The translations under genes were made by a program, and so were the position numbers. From IMG/VR virus record IMGVR_UViG_3300032883_000188, positions 17,807 to 81,806 of that record: a stretch of 64,000 bases of DNA; one strand, written 5' to 3'. This DNA comes from a virus. The notes beneath the pieces were generated by a model. It searched no databases. It was not told the origin of the DNA and worked only from the letters and a program-made list of their open reading frames with translations. Below are positions 30,108-39,776 of the stretch, one piece after another; the first letter of the stretch is position 1, and the number at the start of each line of letters is the position of its first letter.

Positions 30108-30647
30108 TTATACGTGAACGACTTCGAATTGATAGGCTACTATGCGCTGAGTATCGATACCACCAGTACCCAAGCTAAAGTAGGTTTTCTTTAAATACTG
30201 CGCCGCAAAAATGCTTGAGCCAGCGCTCGCCGCCCATTCCATTTTTACACCACTTGCATCAGTACAGTTAACAAAAGCGCTTTCCGCTCCTGTGCCTGTT
30301 GCCAAACCATCACCAGTAATGGTGAATATGTCGTGAGCACGTGGTTGATAGATTGACATAATTCTAGTTGCTTTAACATAGAAGTTACGTACGTCAGGGT
30401 CAAGACCGCGATAGTTGCTAGTCCAGACAAGTTCAGGGTCATAGACCATCCAAACATCTGTCAGTCCAGCGCCTACAGACGGAGCAATTGCTGTCCAGAC
30501 TTCTTTCTGTCCAGCGGCTACACCATAGGTGCTCAAAAGAACAATGTTGCCATTGTCCAAGTCCACCGCAGATACAGCAGAACGATTCAATGAATCAATA
30601 TTCGTTGCGGCAATCTGGTTGGGAACTAAAATTGCATGAGTTGCCAT
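30108..30647 (-). CDS. capsid decoration/cement protein, paralogue A
   Basis: LTDVWMVYDPELV...YRGLDPDVRNF. Confidence 0.7.
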   Translation of the reverse strand: MATHAILVPNQIAATNIDSLNRSAVSAVDLDNGNIVLLSTYGVAAGQKEVWTAIAPSVGAGLTDVWMVYDPELVWTSNYRGLDPDVRNFYVKATRIMSIYQPRAHDIFTITGDGLATGTGAESAFVNCTDASGVKMEWAASAGSSIFAAQYLKKTYFSLGTGGIDTQRIVAYQFEVVHV

Positions 30648-30665
30648 TGTTTATTTTCCTCCTTG

Positions 30666-32492
30666 TTAGTCTTTCTTAGTACCCGCCCAAATATCATTCT
30701 GAGGTGCAGGAATCTTTGTAGTAAATGGTAAACCCATTCTTACAATTTTTTCTTCGCCCTTAGCGGGTTGCTTTACGGCGAAATCGTACACTTTAGCCTT
30801 GCACTCGTTTTTCCAAGCGTCAATCTCAGCATAGGAGAATTTTTCAGCACTTGCGCGCATTTCAGCCATGGTCTCATCAGGAATAACGACTTTTTCAGCC
30901 ATTTCCTTTAAGCACATTTCGACTTCTTCTTTCTTTTGATTGGCTTCGGCATCTGCCTTGTACTTCCTGAGTTGCGCCATTTCCTCTTCTTGCTTTGCGA
31001 ACTTGGCGCTCAACTTGCACATCTTGGCATACATTGCGGACATGATGCTGGCAGGATTGCAGTATTCTTTAGCCATTTCTTCCTTGGCTTCGGCATACTT
31101 GGCAACCATTTCCGCGTTATCATCCGTCTCTGCTTCCAAATAGGCAAGCATAGCCGCAACATCCAGATAAGCATCCAAAGACATGCGCTTCATGGATGGC
31201 TTATCTTTCATTTCATCACCATCCGGTTCAGCTTCCATCTTCTCTTCCTTATCTTCTTTCTTTTCTTCCTCAGGAGATTCGGTTTTTTCTTCCTCGGGGT
31301 CTTCTCCCTTCTCTTCGGGAGCGGCGGCTTCCAGTTTCTCTTCTTCCGCCATTTCTTCCTTTGGTTTTACTTCTTCCGCCATCTCTTCTTTTTCCTTATC
31401 GGACATACTTTCCTCCTTGTTTTTCTTTACCCACTTGCCATCTACAACTTTGTGAGTTTTCTTAAAGCTAGAAATGGCAACAGCCCATCCGTTTACCTTG
31501 TCGGTTGTGCCAACGGCATCGGCTTGTTTTGCTATTTCATTGGCTTGCCCTAAAGTAATCGGAGGGGTAATACCCTTTAAAGCAGGGTTAATTTCACTTA
31601 CATTTTTATAGGGCATTGTAAGTAATCCTCCTTCGCCAAAGTAGCTTTGGCTAGAATCAATTTTTTCAATGGCATCAAAAATATCCTTGCTCCACAACGC
31701 GCCTTCCTTGCCGCCAAAAAAGTTGACACGAGTATCAACTGGCTTGCTAAAGAATTTAACCATCTGGCGCACAATTGTAGGAGTTACTTTTTCATTTGTT
31801 GCCAGATATTCAGCCATTGCCAAAGAAACAGATGTTGCTTTTATGCTATTACTGTGATGTAATTCCAAAGCCATCTGCACGTTTTTCTTCACATCCTCGG
31901 GAATAGCAAAGTCAATGCCTTCATATTTTGCAAATTCCTTATTATAGGCATCTTTGTATTCCTTAGAGAATTGAAGAACGGTAGCCTTTGCCATGGGAAT
32001 GGCGGGAGTTACGAACGTACCCAATACCGTCACTGCTTCGAACCTGTAGTCTTTCAACTCGATAAGGTTACCCTGCATTTGGGCGGAATCCAGTACATTC
32101 ATTTCAACACTGACGGGTTTTTCCCCGTCCCTCTTGAAGAAATCCAAGAGTTTACCGCTGTATCTTTTCCAAACATAGGACAAGACACTCAGCATGGTTC
32201 TACCATCGTCCATCTTTCTGCTCTTTATCTCTGTATCCTGAGGAATAAACCCGCATGGGGCTTCCTCAGGGTCATGTGTGCCTATATCATCCAATATCGG
32301 GTCATACTTCCAAACAACCGGGCAATTTTTAATTGTATCGGCTGTTTTCAGTAATGTCTCTTCGGAAACATAAGTATCATGTTTGTTCTTTCCAGAGGCA
32401 AAGAAATCCAAGGAAAGAAGGGCAAAGCTAGAGTCCGGGTTTTCATTTACGAGTTCTGCATTGCTAATTGTAAAACTAAGTTTTTGGGTCAA
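30666..32492 (-). CDS. prohead protease-scaffold fusion with internal ChaB-like segment
   Basis: N-terminal protease (HD, VWKRY, SVEM, VLG...PAI); MPY...W.VA...FKKTH....GKWVKK; acidic coiled-coil C-terminus; TTG start. Confidence 0.75.
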   Translation of the reverse strand: MTQKLSFTISNAELVNENPDSSFALLSLDFFASGKNKHDTYVSEETLLKTADTIKNCPVVWKYDPILDDIGTHDPEEAPCGFIPQDTEIKSRKMDDGRTMLSVLSYVWKRYSGKLLDFFKRDGEKPVSVEMNVLDSAQMQGNLIELKDYRFEAVTVLGTFVTPAIPMAKATVLQFSKEYKDAYNKEFAKYEGIDFAIPEDVKKNVQMALELHHSNSIKATSVSLAMAEYLATNEKVTPTIVRQMVKFFSKPVDTRVNFFGGKEGALWSKDIFDAIEKIDSSQSYFGEGGLLTMPYKNVSEINPALKGITPPITLGQANEIAKQADAVGTTDKVNGWAVAISSFKKTHKVVDGKWVKKNKEESMSDKEKEEMAEEVKPKEEMAEEEKLEAAAPEEKGEDPEEEKTESPEEEKKEDKEEKMEAEPDGDEMKDKPSMKRMSLDAYLDVAAMLAYLEAETDDNAEMVAKYAEAKEEMAKEYCNPASIMSAMYAKMCKLSAKFAKQEEEMAQLRKYKADAEANQKKEEVEMCLKEMAEKVVIPDETMAEMRASAEKFSYAEIDAWKNECKAKVYDFAVKQPAKGEEKIVRMGLPFTTKIPAPQNDIWAGTKKD

Positions 32493-32509
32493 TAGAATTA
32501 CCTCCTTTC

Positions 32510-32707
32510 CTACAATATTTTTTCAGAAACAGAAATCCAAATAGGTACTTCTTCCAGTGCCTTTTCTAGCGCAGTTGTTTTAGCGAAGTACCATATGTTT
32601 CCCTCCCGGGCAAGCAGGGGAAGATTCTTATTATATATCAGAAATCTGGCAAGATGTTTTTTGCAAGCATATTTTTTAGGGATGGTCTCGGGGTTTGTTA
32701 TATACAT
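32510..32707 (-). CDS. small hypothetical protein
   Basis: ORF in operon with RBS. Confidence 0.6.
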   Translation of the reverse strand: MYITNPETIPKKYACKKHLARFLIYNKNLPLLAREGNIWYFAKTTALEKALEEVPIWISVSEKIL

Positions 32708-32715
32708 ATTCTACC

Positions 32716-33201
32716 CTACTTTTGTCCGTCCCAAACCATGACCTTGAACCAATCTGTACCACAGATTTGAGCATGGTCGTTCCAATCCATTGCCTCTTCG
32801 TATTCAGCCTGTTGCAATAAAAGCATCTGGCGCATACGTTCTTCAACAACCGGATTGCCATCGTCTATCGCTTGCCTTTTAATTTCATCAAGGGAGGTCG
32901 TAGTGATTATCTCCCTTTCCAAATATGCGCTGGCGATATCGGTTACAAAACCGATGCGCAGGATAACTTCATCAACCCTGTGTAACATCACAGGTGCATT
33001 TAAATCCGTCAACAAATTATAAATAATCAGAGAGTGCCCGGTCTCTTCCTCGTGTTGCTGTTCAAAATGCTTGGCGAGATTATTGAAGCCCCTGTTTTTA
33101 AGGTCAGCGGCAATAAACAAATAGATATTCGCATTATATTTTTCTGCCGCTAATTGCTGACAGAGTGATGCGCATAGACCATCATTAATTAATTTTATCA
33201 T
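32716..33201 (-). CDS. ferritin-family protein
   Basis: Q...E.Y.A..YL, F..Q..EE..H, E..IT, Q..EYEEA ferroxidase-centre pattern. Confidence 0.85.
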   Translation of the reverse strand: MIKLINDGLCASLCQQLAAEKYNANIYLFIAADLKNRGFNNLAKHFEQQHEEETGHSLIIYNLLTDLNAPVMLHRVDEVILRIGFVTDIASAYLEREIITTTSLDEIKRQAIDDGNPVVEERMRQMLLLQQAEYEEAMDWNDHAQICGTDWFKVMVWDGQK

Positions 33202-34883
33202 CTAGGCTTACCTCCTCTACTTACATTAGCACCTGTTGCCCTTGTTTGTGCGCCTTCTTCCCCCAATTTGGACGCTGGCTTTTTAGGTCTGCCAGCAGAA
33301 CCGGCAGGTTCTTTTAGAGCTACAGGCGGCTTAACTCCCGCACCGCCCGGAGCGGGTGGTTTAGGCTGTGCTTTGATTACTGCAATCTGGTTGGCAACCA
33401 TAGGAGGCGTAAGTTTCTTCATAAAGTCCTGTGCGGCGGCTTCTTCCATATGCCTTCTAAAATCAGCAGGTTTCATACCCAATGCGGCGGAAATTTTCTG
33501 CGGCATTATAATACCCTTTTCGAACAGAGCCATTGCTTTTTCAAATCTTGAATCCCTGTCCAAGAAGAAGTCCGTACCTTCAAACGCTAGTCTGAATTTG
33601 AATGTCTTTGTCAGTTTGCCAATAAAGTAGTTCATAAAATCTTCGAACTGTGGATACAGCCCTTCCATCATCTGTTCATCAACGTTCAGGCTCAACTGCG
33701 TTTCGATTGCATTTGGCTTGACATTGCTGGTAAAGATAAGGTTGGTGTTAACACCGCTTAAAGCATAAACAGTCCTAGAAAAACTGTCATACATGTTTAC
33801 TTCTGTATCAAAACTTATACCTTTCATATTGGTAAGAGGCGCAGATGCAACCTTGATTGCTTCGGAGATGGCGCTTTTCACCAGCGACATGAACTTGCCT
33901 AGCAAGTCAGGGCTGATGGCAATGCTGTCCTTTACAGTAGCCTTGGCAGTTTTGTCAAGCATGGGTACTTCACCCATAATCAACTTGCTTGCCGCCGCCA
34001 TATTCATGTTCTTTTGCAGATTACGCATAAGCGGTTGCAAAATTAAATCATTGAACAAAGGACTGAAATAAGGCAGTCTTGTAGCCAGTTCAGGTGTCAG
34101 CTTAAAGCAAACACCAAGCGTGGTTGGTACATCCACCCAATAAATCCAAGTAGACCTGCTTCTTGCTTCGGGTGGCAGGGATGGATTATAAGTTCTGGTT
34201 GGGTCTCCATCACCCCATAATTCTTTGTATTTCTTTGTAAAGAATGGGGGGTACATATCAAGAGAAACGCCCGGTTGCAAGAACCAATACATATTAAAGC
34301 TGAACAGGAAACCGCCTTCCCACCTGCCTGTTATTTTACAGTATTCGGAAGGAAGTTCTTGTAGCACATACTGGTTACCAGTATCCATAAAACACGCAAA
34401 GAATGCGTCATTTCTTAACATCTCTTTTACAGCTAAACGGAGTTCTTTTTTATATTCGAACTTTTCCAGAAAACTCTCTACAGCTTTAAGGTCTTTCTTG
34501 TATTTTGGAGTATCATAATCATCTGGTTCTGCGTTGGCTGTATAAGTCACATCGAAAGCCAGCATGTCTGCCAGATAAGAAATCAACTTCTTATAAATCA
34601 TGGAACTGAGTTCAAAATTCTGTGAGAATTCTTGCAGTTCCTTTTCACTTGATTTTGGACTTGTCAGAGCCTTGTCCAACATGGCTTGTGTTGCCGCCAT
34701 CGGATTAAGCGTAATATCCTGCATACGTGCAGAAACCAAATCAGGTGTCAAGATAGTTGCGCCGTAAATGCCGCCGCTGTAACTTCTTGCATATTCGATA
34801 ATACTCCAAACTTGCTCTTCGCTAAGGAGGGGCTTGTCTTCAACGGGAGCAACTTTTGTTTTATTGTTAGTTCCTTTTGCCAT
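33198..34883 (-). CDS. portal protein
   Basis: Follows terminase; LQELP..YCKIT...F.FN..WF; C-terminal AGRP.K. Confidence 0.8.
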   Translation of the reverse strand: MAKGTNNKTKVAPVEDKPLLSEEQVWSIIEYARSYSGGIYGATILTPDLVSARMQDITLNPMAATQAMLDKALTSPKSSEKELQEFSQNFELSSMIYKKLISYLADMLAFDVTYTANAEPDDYDTPKYKKDLKAVESFLEKFEYKKELRLAVKEMLRNDAFFACFMDTGNQYVLQELPSEYCKITGRWEGGFLFSFNMYWFLQPGVSLDMYPPFFTKKYKELWGDGDPTRTYNPSLPPEARSRSTWIYWVDVPTTLGVCFKLTPELATRLPYFSPLFNDLILQPLMRNLQKNMNMAAASKLIMGEVPMLDKTAKATVKDSIAISPDLLGKFMSLVKSAISEAIKVASAPLTNMKGISFDTEVNMYDSFSRTVYALSGVNTNLIFTSNVKPNAIETQLSLNVDEQMMEGLYPQFEDFMNYFIGKLTKTFKFRLAFEGTDFFLDRDSRFEKAMALFEKGIIMPQKISAALGMKPADFRRHMEEAAAQDFMKKLTPPMVANQIAVIKAQPKPPAPGGAGVKPPVALKEPAGSAGRPKKPASKLGEEGAQTRATGANVSRGGKPR

Positions 34884-34897
34884 TTATCCTCCTTTGC

Positions 34898-36727
34898 TTA
34901 GTATACTCTCGCAAATTCGAGAAATTCTTTTTCACTGTCACCATCGTATTTTTCCTTTAGAAGTTCAATATCCATTAATGAAACATAGTAATTCAGATAG
35001 CTACAAGAAGTATATCTATCTTTTCTTGCGCCTTCTGGTTCTATTAATTTTATTAAACCGTTGACCATTGTCATTTCAAGAGATATGGATTCGTTTATTA
35101 ACAGGCTTGTTTGTAAATTTGCCTGTAGTAAATAAGCACGCATAGCCATGTCTTCGTCTTGGTCTAGAATATCCTTGTTACCGGACTTTATTAAAAATTC
35201 TTCCTCGGAGTTATCGTCAACCAAGAAGCTGACCAACTTCTTCTTGAGCCTTTCCTTGAACTTTACTGCAATAAGCGAGTTTAAACCCGCATTTGCATAG
35301 ATTGGAAAGATACAACCGAGAGCATCCTGTCCAAGTGTTCTGCTAATCAATTCTTCGTAAACTTTATCATCCACGTTTTCAGAATTCATTACGGTATAAG
35401 CAGGATATTCAACCCCGCGCACTTCATCTTTGGTAACAGAAGAAAGCGCATCAAAGACGCTGATACCTGCGTTAGCAATATCCAGTACAAGAACATCCCC
35501 TTGAAACTCCTGATATATCTGTTTTACCCTTAGTGCCTGAGAGTTTGTATTTTTACCATTATGGGATTCCAAATAAACTATTTCTGTAATCCAACCTTTT
35601 TTACTCGGTAGAAGTCTTGCACAAGTAATAATCGTATTATCGTTCGTAGCACCCGCACGCATAGCCACATCCACGGATACAAGACGCATCTCATCGGATA
35701 ATTTAATAATGTCATACGGGTTTTTTCTGGTCTCTATATAAGTTTCATCCTTTATGGGACGCCATGCCCTTTTAATGTTGCGATTAAAAAGACCAAGCTT
35801 GTAAAAAGATGTTGTAGATGAGCCATATGGGATATTCCCATATTCCATCAAGAATGTGATAGGGTCTAAGTTTTCCTTTTCGCTTATCATCTGCTTCTTG
35901 GTTTTAATGCCGTGACGCAGTAAGATAAAGTAATCAAGGAAGATAGCCTTTACATCCGGGTCACCGTTTGCAATCTTTCTCAAGAATCTCTTTGTTTCAG
36001 CCCACCACTCGTATGACTTGTAGTGCGCGCTGGTGATGATTATTTCCTGTGGCTCTTCTTTAAGTTCTTCAATTTCAGCATATTCTGGTTTTTTCAAATA
36101 GGCTGGCTGTCTGGCGACCAAGAAAGGGCGGATAATAGAATCAATGATAATATTTGGAATCAAACGTCTTTCTTCCAAAACAGTAACATGGCTACGGTGT
36201 CCACGACCACCCTCTGCGGATACCACCACGTTTATCTTTGAACCGTTGTGAAACGTCATTTCCCACTTGTTCTGGTTGGTGACGATATTTGTTGTTTCTC
36301 TCTGGATGTTCGGATGCTCATCATGGAGCATCTGGCATTTTTCAGAGATAATCAAACCTGCCTGTGCCTTTGTAGAGGACGCAAGTGCGACAATCGTGCC
36401 CGGGTACAAAATGCATCTGGCAATTGAATAAACTCCAATCAGCCAAGATTTTGCACTGGCACGGGAAGCAATTCCTATAAACTCGGTAGAGCGCGCAATC
36501 ATGTTAATCCAAAAACGCTGATATGGATAAAGAGTAACCCCCATATAATGTTCCACGAAATAACTTGGGTTCTTGCGATAAAAGGTTATCCAAGATTTGA
36601 GTCTTTCTTTTTTCTCTTTAGCTATTTCCACCTCGGTCAGCATTTGATTGACTTTTTGGTTTGCTCTTGTAAAAGGCTTCATTCCTTTCAAATAAGGAAA
36701 CGGCTTTATTTGCGTTTTTTTGGACAT
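34898..36727 (-). CDS. terminase large subunit
   Basis: LYPYQ, ASRASAKS (Walker A variant), RGHRS.VTVLEE (Walker B), VSVDVA, VLD..NAG, KDRYTS nuclease motifs. Confidence 0.9.
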   Translation of the reverse strand: MSKKTQIKPFPYLKGMKPFTRANQKVNQMLTEVEIAKEKKERLKSWITFYRKNPSYFVEHYMGVTLYPYQRFWINMIARSTEFIGIASRASAKSWLIGVYSIARCILYPGTIVALASSTKAQAGLIISEKCQMLHDEHPNIQRETTNIVTNQNKWEMTFHNGSKINVVVSAEGGRGHRSHVTVLEERRLIPNIIIDSIIRPFLVARQPAYLKKPEYAEIEELKEEPQEIIITSAHYKSYEWWAETKRFLRKIANGDPDVKAIFLDYFILLRHGIKTKKQMISEKENLDPITFLMEYGNIPYGSSTTSFYKLGLFNRNIKRAWRPIKDETYIETRKNPYDIIKLSDEMRLVSVDVAMRAGATNDNTIITCARLLPSKKGWITEIVYLESHNGKNTNSQALRVKQIYQEFQGDVLVLDIANAGISVFDALSSVTKDEVRGVEYPAYTVMNSENVDDKVYEELISRTLGQDALGCIFPIYANAGLNSLIAVKFKERLKKKLVSFLVDDNSEEEFLIKSGNKDILDQDEDMAMRAYLLQANLQTSLLINESISLEMTMVNGLIKLIEPEGARKDRYTSCSYLNYYVSLMDIELLKEKYDGDSEKEFLEFARVY

Positions 36728-36737
36728 GCTTGCTCCT

Positions 36738-37736
36738 CTAGTCTAGTTCACCATCCTTAATTAAATCATTGTCCATCCTTGTAGCGGTTTCAACCAATTC
36801 ATCATCAACCTCTTCTGAATCATCGATATTGAAGTCCTTGCTACCTGTTATGGCATTTTTTAATGGACGAACTATGAACTTTTGAAAATACTCTTCCGTA
36901 TTGCCGACATCCCTGTATATATCCCCGCGCGGGTCTGTTTTCAACCATTGTGCAGGTTCACTGCGTTCGATATCTGCTATCCATAAACCAAAAGCATCTC
37001 CGCCCTGCGCTCCCCCCGTTGCTTTTGTGTTAGGGGAAACAGCCAGAGTTTTCATCAATGTCTGTAGTTCTTTTATAAGGTCGCTCGTATCGTGGTCGGC
37101 TTTTCTTTCATCTTCTATTTTAAGAAGAGTATAACATACCTGTTTTAATAAAACTATTTCAGCATATGTTTCTGCTTTATGGGTTTGCTTGAAATTAGCA
37201 TATTGCATTTCCAAGAATGGTATTTTTTCTCTGCTTATACTATCACCCCAAAACTCAAGTACGTCTTGAGGAATAGGTGTTTCCTTGGTATTAATTGCTT
37301 TGTCGGTAAAAATAGTACCCACATCCTCATAGGTATTATCTTCCATGGCACTCTTGTCCATGCTTTTATTGGTAGCAATAAGCTTCTGCCTGTAAATTCC
37401 GAAAATCGAAGTTACATTCTTGCCTCCCTGTATAAGCGTATTGATATGCGCTTTGGTGGCATCCATGGCTTCATTCGAAAACTTTACATTCAAAGACATG
37501 CACATCTTGTGCACGGTCTTTTCCATGCTTTGATTTTGTGCAAAGAGTTCATCATATATCTTTTGTATGCATTCTTTACATACACTAAATAAACCGTTGG
37601 CGTCTATAAAACCTTTATCGTTACATTCGTGAAAGTCTTTTGCCGGAAGGCTTTTCATACACTTGCGACAATAACTTAAGGTTACCGTCTGTCCCGTCTT
37701 GGTAGTGACCGCCTCGGGTGGTTTGATAATTGGCAT
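36738..37736 (-). CDS. Zn-finger protein, putative terminase small subunit
   Basis: CRKC...CKEC, FWG, FGLWI..IE..EPA; upstream of TerL; start refined to MPIIK after GGAGG. Confidence 0.6.
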   Translation of the reverse strand: MPIIKPPEAVTTKTGQTVTLSYCRKCMKSLPAKDFHECNDKGFIDANGLFSVCKECIQKIYDELFAQNQSMEKTVHKMCMSLNVKFSNEAMDATKAHINTLIQGGKNVTSIFGIYRQKLIATNKSMDKSAMEDNTYEDVGTIFTDKAINTKETPIPQDVLEFWGDSISREKIPFLEMQYANFKQTHKAETYAEIVLLKQVCYTLLKIEDERKADHDTSDLIKELQTLMKTLAVSPNTKATGGAQGGDAFGLWIADIERSEPAQWLKTDPRGDIYRDVGNTEEYFQKFIVRPLKNAITGSKDFNIDDSEEVDDELVETATRMDNDLIKDGELD

Positions 37737-37751
37737 TTTTTCCTCCACGAA

Positions 37752-37769
37752 ATAAAATTCGTATTTTAA
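37752..37769 (-). repeat. oriented WTAAAM-T-N5-TTTTAT site (copy 4)
   Basis: minus strand TTAAAA TACGAA TTTTAT. Confidence 0.6.
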
Positions 37770-37812
37770 ATGCTTAGGGGAGAATTGAACTCCCCCAAAC
37801 ACCAGTTAAGCA

Positions 37813-38529
37813 TTAAATTTTTCTAAACATTCCCAAGAATGCGGCAAAACAACCGTTTGGTTTAGGAGGTTGTGGAACGCCATTAACCTTTTCCACAGCC
37901 GCCAGTGCTTCACCGCCATATCTGAATAAAACTGAAAATTCTGAAATCGGTATGTAGGCTCTGCCCATTATACCCCATTCATTGCCCCAAGAGTTCTGAA
38001 TACCGAATAAGGCGTCATCTTTGACCTCGTTAATAAGGTAAGCGTGCCCTCCGGCAACATCCCCTGTTGGGTGAATTACGTTTTCGGAATCCGGGGTGAA
38101 CATATCATTTGTCCAATCCGTACCAATAATCAGTGGGCCTTTGTTCACCAGCCAGTATTTAATTTCATTGACAGAGGAGGCAAATGCATAAGCATCAATC
38201 ATGCCTTCCTGCCTGAGTACAGTTGCCGCAGAACGAACGGTTGAACCATTTTCCTGCTCGGGTTCGCCATCCACAATCTTGCATTTGTAATAGAAACTGT
38301 GTCCGTTCGCATTTGTAAAAGCATCCTGTACAGGAAAGCAAATGCCCCAATCTGCCATGGAAAATCCAACACAGTGTCCGGTGTCACCTTGGTTCAATGT
38401 AGGGAGCGCAAACTCCCAACGTGTATCAGGTGCAACAAAAGCATTCGCGCCTTTTCTCGGCATGAATGCTGAAAGGGAATAATCCCTTGCATCGAACTTG
38501 GAGCGATTTCTACCTAAAGGATATATCAT
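37813..38529 (-). CDS. papain-like (C1A) cysteine protease
   Basis: NQGDTGHCVGFS, GGHA, QNSWG..WG..G. Confidence 0.88.
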   Translation of the reverse strand: MIYPLGRNRSKFDARDYSLSAFMPRKGANAFVAPDTRWEFALPTLNQGDTGHCVGFSMADWGICFPVQDAFTNANGHSFYYKCKIVDGEPEQENGSTVRSAATVLRQEGMIDAYAFASSVNEIKYWLVNKGPLIIGTDWTNDMFTPDSENVIHPTGDVAGGHAYLINEVKDDALFGIQNSWGNEWGIMGRAYIPISEFSVLFRYGGEALAAVEKVNGVPQPPKPNGCFAAFLGMFRKI

Positions 38530-38546
38530 AAACTGCCTCCTGCTTT

Positions 38547-38568
38547 GGGGGAGGAATTAACCTCCCCC
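38547..38568 (-). terminator. stem-loop
   Basis: GGGGAGG...CCTCCCC inverted repeat. Confidence 0.5.
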
Positions 38569-38579
38569 TTATATATTGT

Positions 38580-39236
38580 TTAGATAACCACAAAGTACAA
38601 ATCAACGAATTTTACGCCGTTGAGAGTACCAGCAGGTGTATAAAGGCTGGTAGGAAGAGTACCGCTAGTTGCAACTGTACCTGCATCTACTGCGCCATCG
38701 AAGTTCTTAACAAGTACCTGTCCTGTATTATAAACAAGAACAGGTAGACCAATCTGGTCATGCACACCAATGGATACGGTGTCTGTACCGCCATGTGTTT
38801 CAGGTGGTACATGAATGTTAGTAACAGTCTTGAAGGCTTTTACACCATCAATCTCACTAGCACCGCTTAAAGCGATTGTGTCTGTAATAGCCGCACCATT
38901 AAAATCAGTACCACTAATTACAACGTTACCAGAGCATCCACCCGCATTAGCCTTAGCGCTAACAATACGGGGTACATCCGGGTTAGTGATACCTGTGGTA
39001 ATGTCCTGTCCACCACCAGCGGCAGTCAGCGGAATAGCGGCATGTACATAAACAGCAGTACCCAAAACAGGTGCAGTTCTATATTTAACTACAGATGCAG
39101 GTGCTATGCTTCCCGCGGCGGGGCTGGCAACACCGCCATATTCCAAACTATCAATACGAGTACCTAAAGTACCCTTTTGTGCGGCTTTATTCATATTGTT
39201 TAACTGTGTCTTTTGCTTAGTTGTTAATCTTGCCAT
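38580..39236 (-). CDS. probable virion structural protein
   Basis: G/T/A-rich; NPDVPR...ISGTD..G..ITDTI...G.KAFKTVT; start refined to MARLTT after AGGAGA. Confidence 0.6.
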   Translation of the reverse strand: MARLTTKQKTQLNNMNKAAQKGTLGTRIDSLEYGGVASPAAGSIAPASVVKYRTAPVLGTAVYVHAAIPLTAAGGGQDITTGITNPDVPRIVSAKANAGGCSGNVVISGTDFNGAAITDTIALSGASEIDGVKAFKTVTNIHVPPETHGGTDTVSIGVHDQIGLPVLVYNTGQVLVKNFDGAVDAGTVATSGTLPTSLYTPAGTLNGVKFVDLYFVVI

Positions 39237-39335
39237 TATAAATCTCCTTTTATTAGCCATGTATTTTACGGGGCACGCCCCCGTGATAACGACATAGCGC
39301 AAGGCGGCTACAGCTTGCACTCAAATCCGATAGCA

Positions 39336-39362
39336 AAAACCCCTGAATTAATCAGGGGTTTT
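39336..39362 (-). terminator. intrinsic terminator ending the DUF2828/tRNA transcript
   Basis: AAAACCCCTGA-TTAAT-TCAGGGGTTTTT. Confidence 0.75.
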
Positions 39363-39364
39363 AG

Positions 39365-39437
39365 AGCCTCCAGATGGGCATTGAACCATCATCCTCCGCT
39401 TACAGGGCGGTAGCATCTCCGTTTATGCTTTGAAGGC
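39365..39437 (-). tRNA. tRNA-Thr(TGT)-like, atypical (C33, 8-nt T loop; possibly pseudo)
   Basis: GCCTTCA/TGGAGGC acceptor, CCGC-CCTGTAA-GCGG anticodon arm, GATGG-TTCAATGC-CCATC T arm. Confidence 0.55.
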
Positions 39438-39448
39438 AGATGCAAGGA

Positions 39449-39631
39449 TTAATCACAATCCTTGCAATTTATTTCTGTAACATGTCTGCTTACGACAAAG
39501 ACAATGTTTTTCCAATGTGCCTTTGTTCTGGCAGGTAGCTCTTCCCATTTTGCCACATCATCGTTGTTTATTCCAACATGGGCTTCATAGGCTTTTTGAG
39601 CCAATTTGTTTATTTCATCTTCTTCTAACAT
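39449..39631 (-). CDS. small hypothetical protein
   Basis: AGGAGG RBS; AQKAYEA...WEELP...K..W pattern. Confidence 0.65.
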   Translation of the reverse strand: MLEEDEINKLAQKAYEAHVGINNDDVAKWEELPARTKAHWKNIVFVVSRHVTEINCKDCD

Positions 39632-39776
39632 TTTCCTCCTTTTGGTAGAGTAAACGGGCGGGGAGGGGTTCTGCGCCAATTAGTCTATCTAAAAACTGCC
39701 ACCCCGAATAAACGGAATAAACAACTAATAAATAGGATTCCCACTTTGTAAGCTGGCGAGGCTTGCCCGACTACGC

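Noticed and set aside
39650-39774. RNase P, 6S or SRP RNA
   Set aside because: Too short, and lacks the conserved cores (only a CAGAACCC coincidence).
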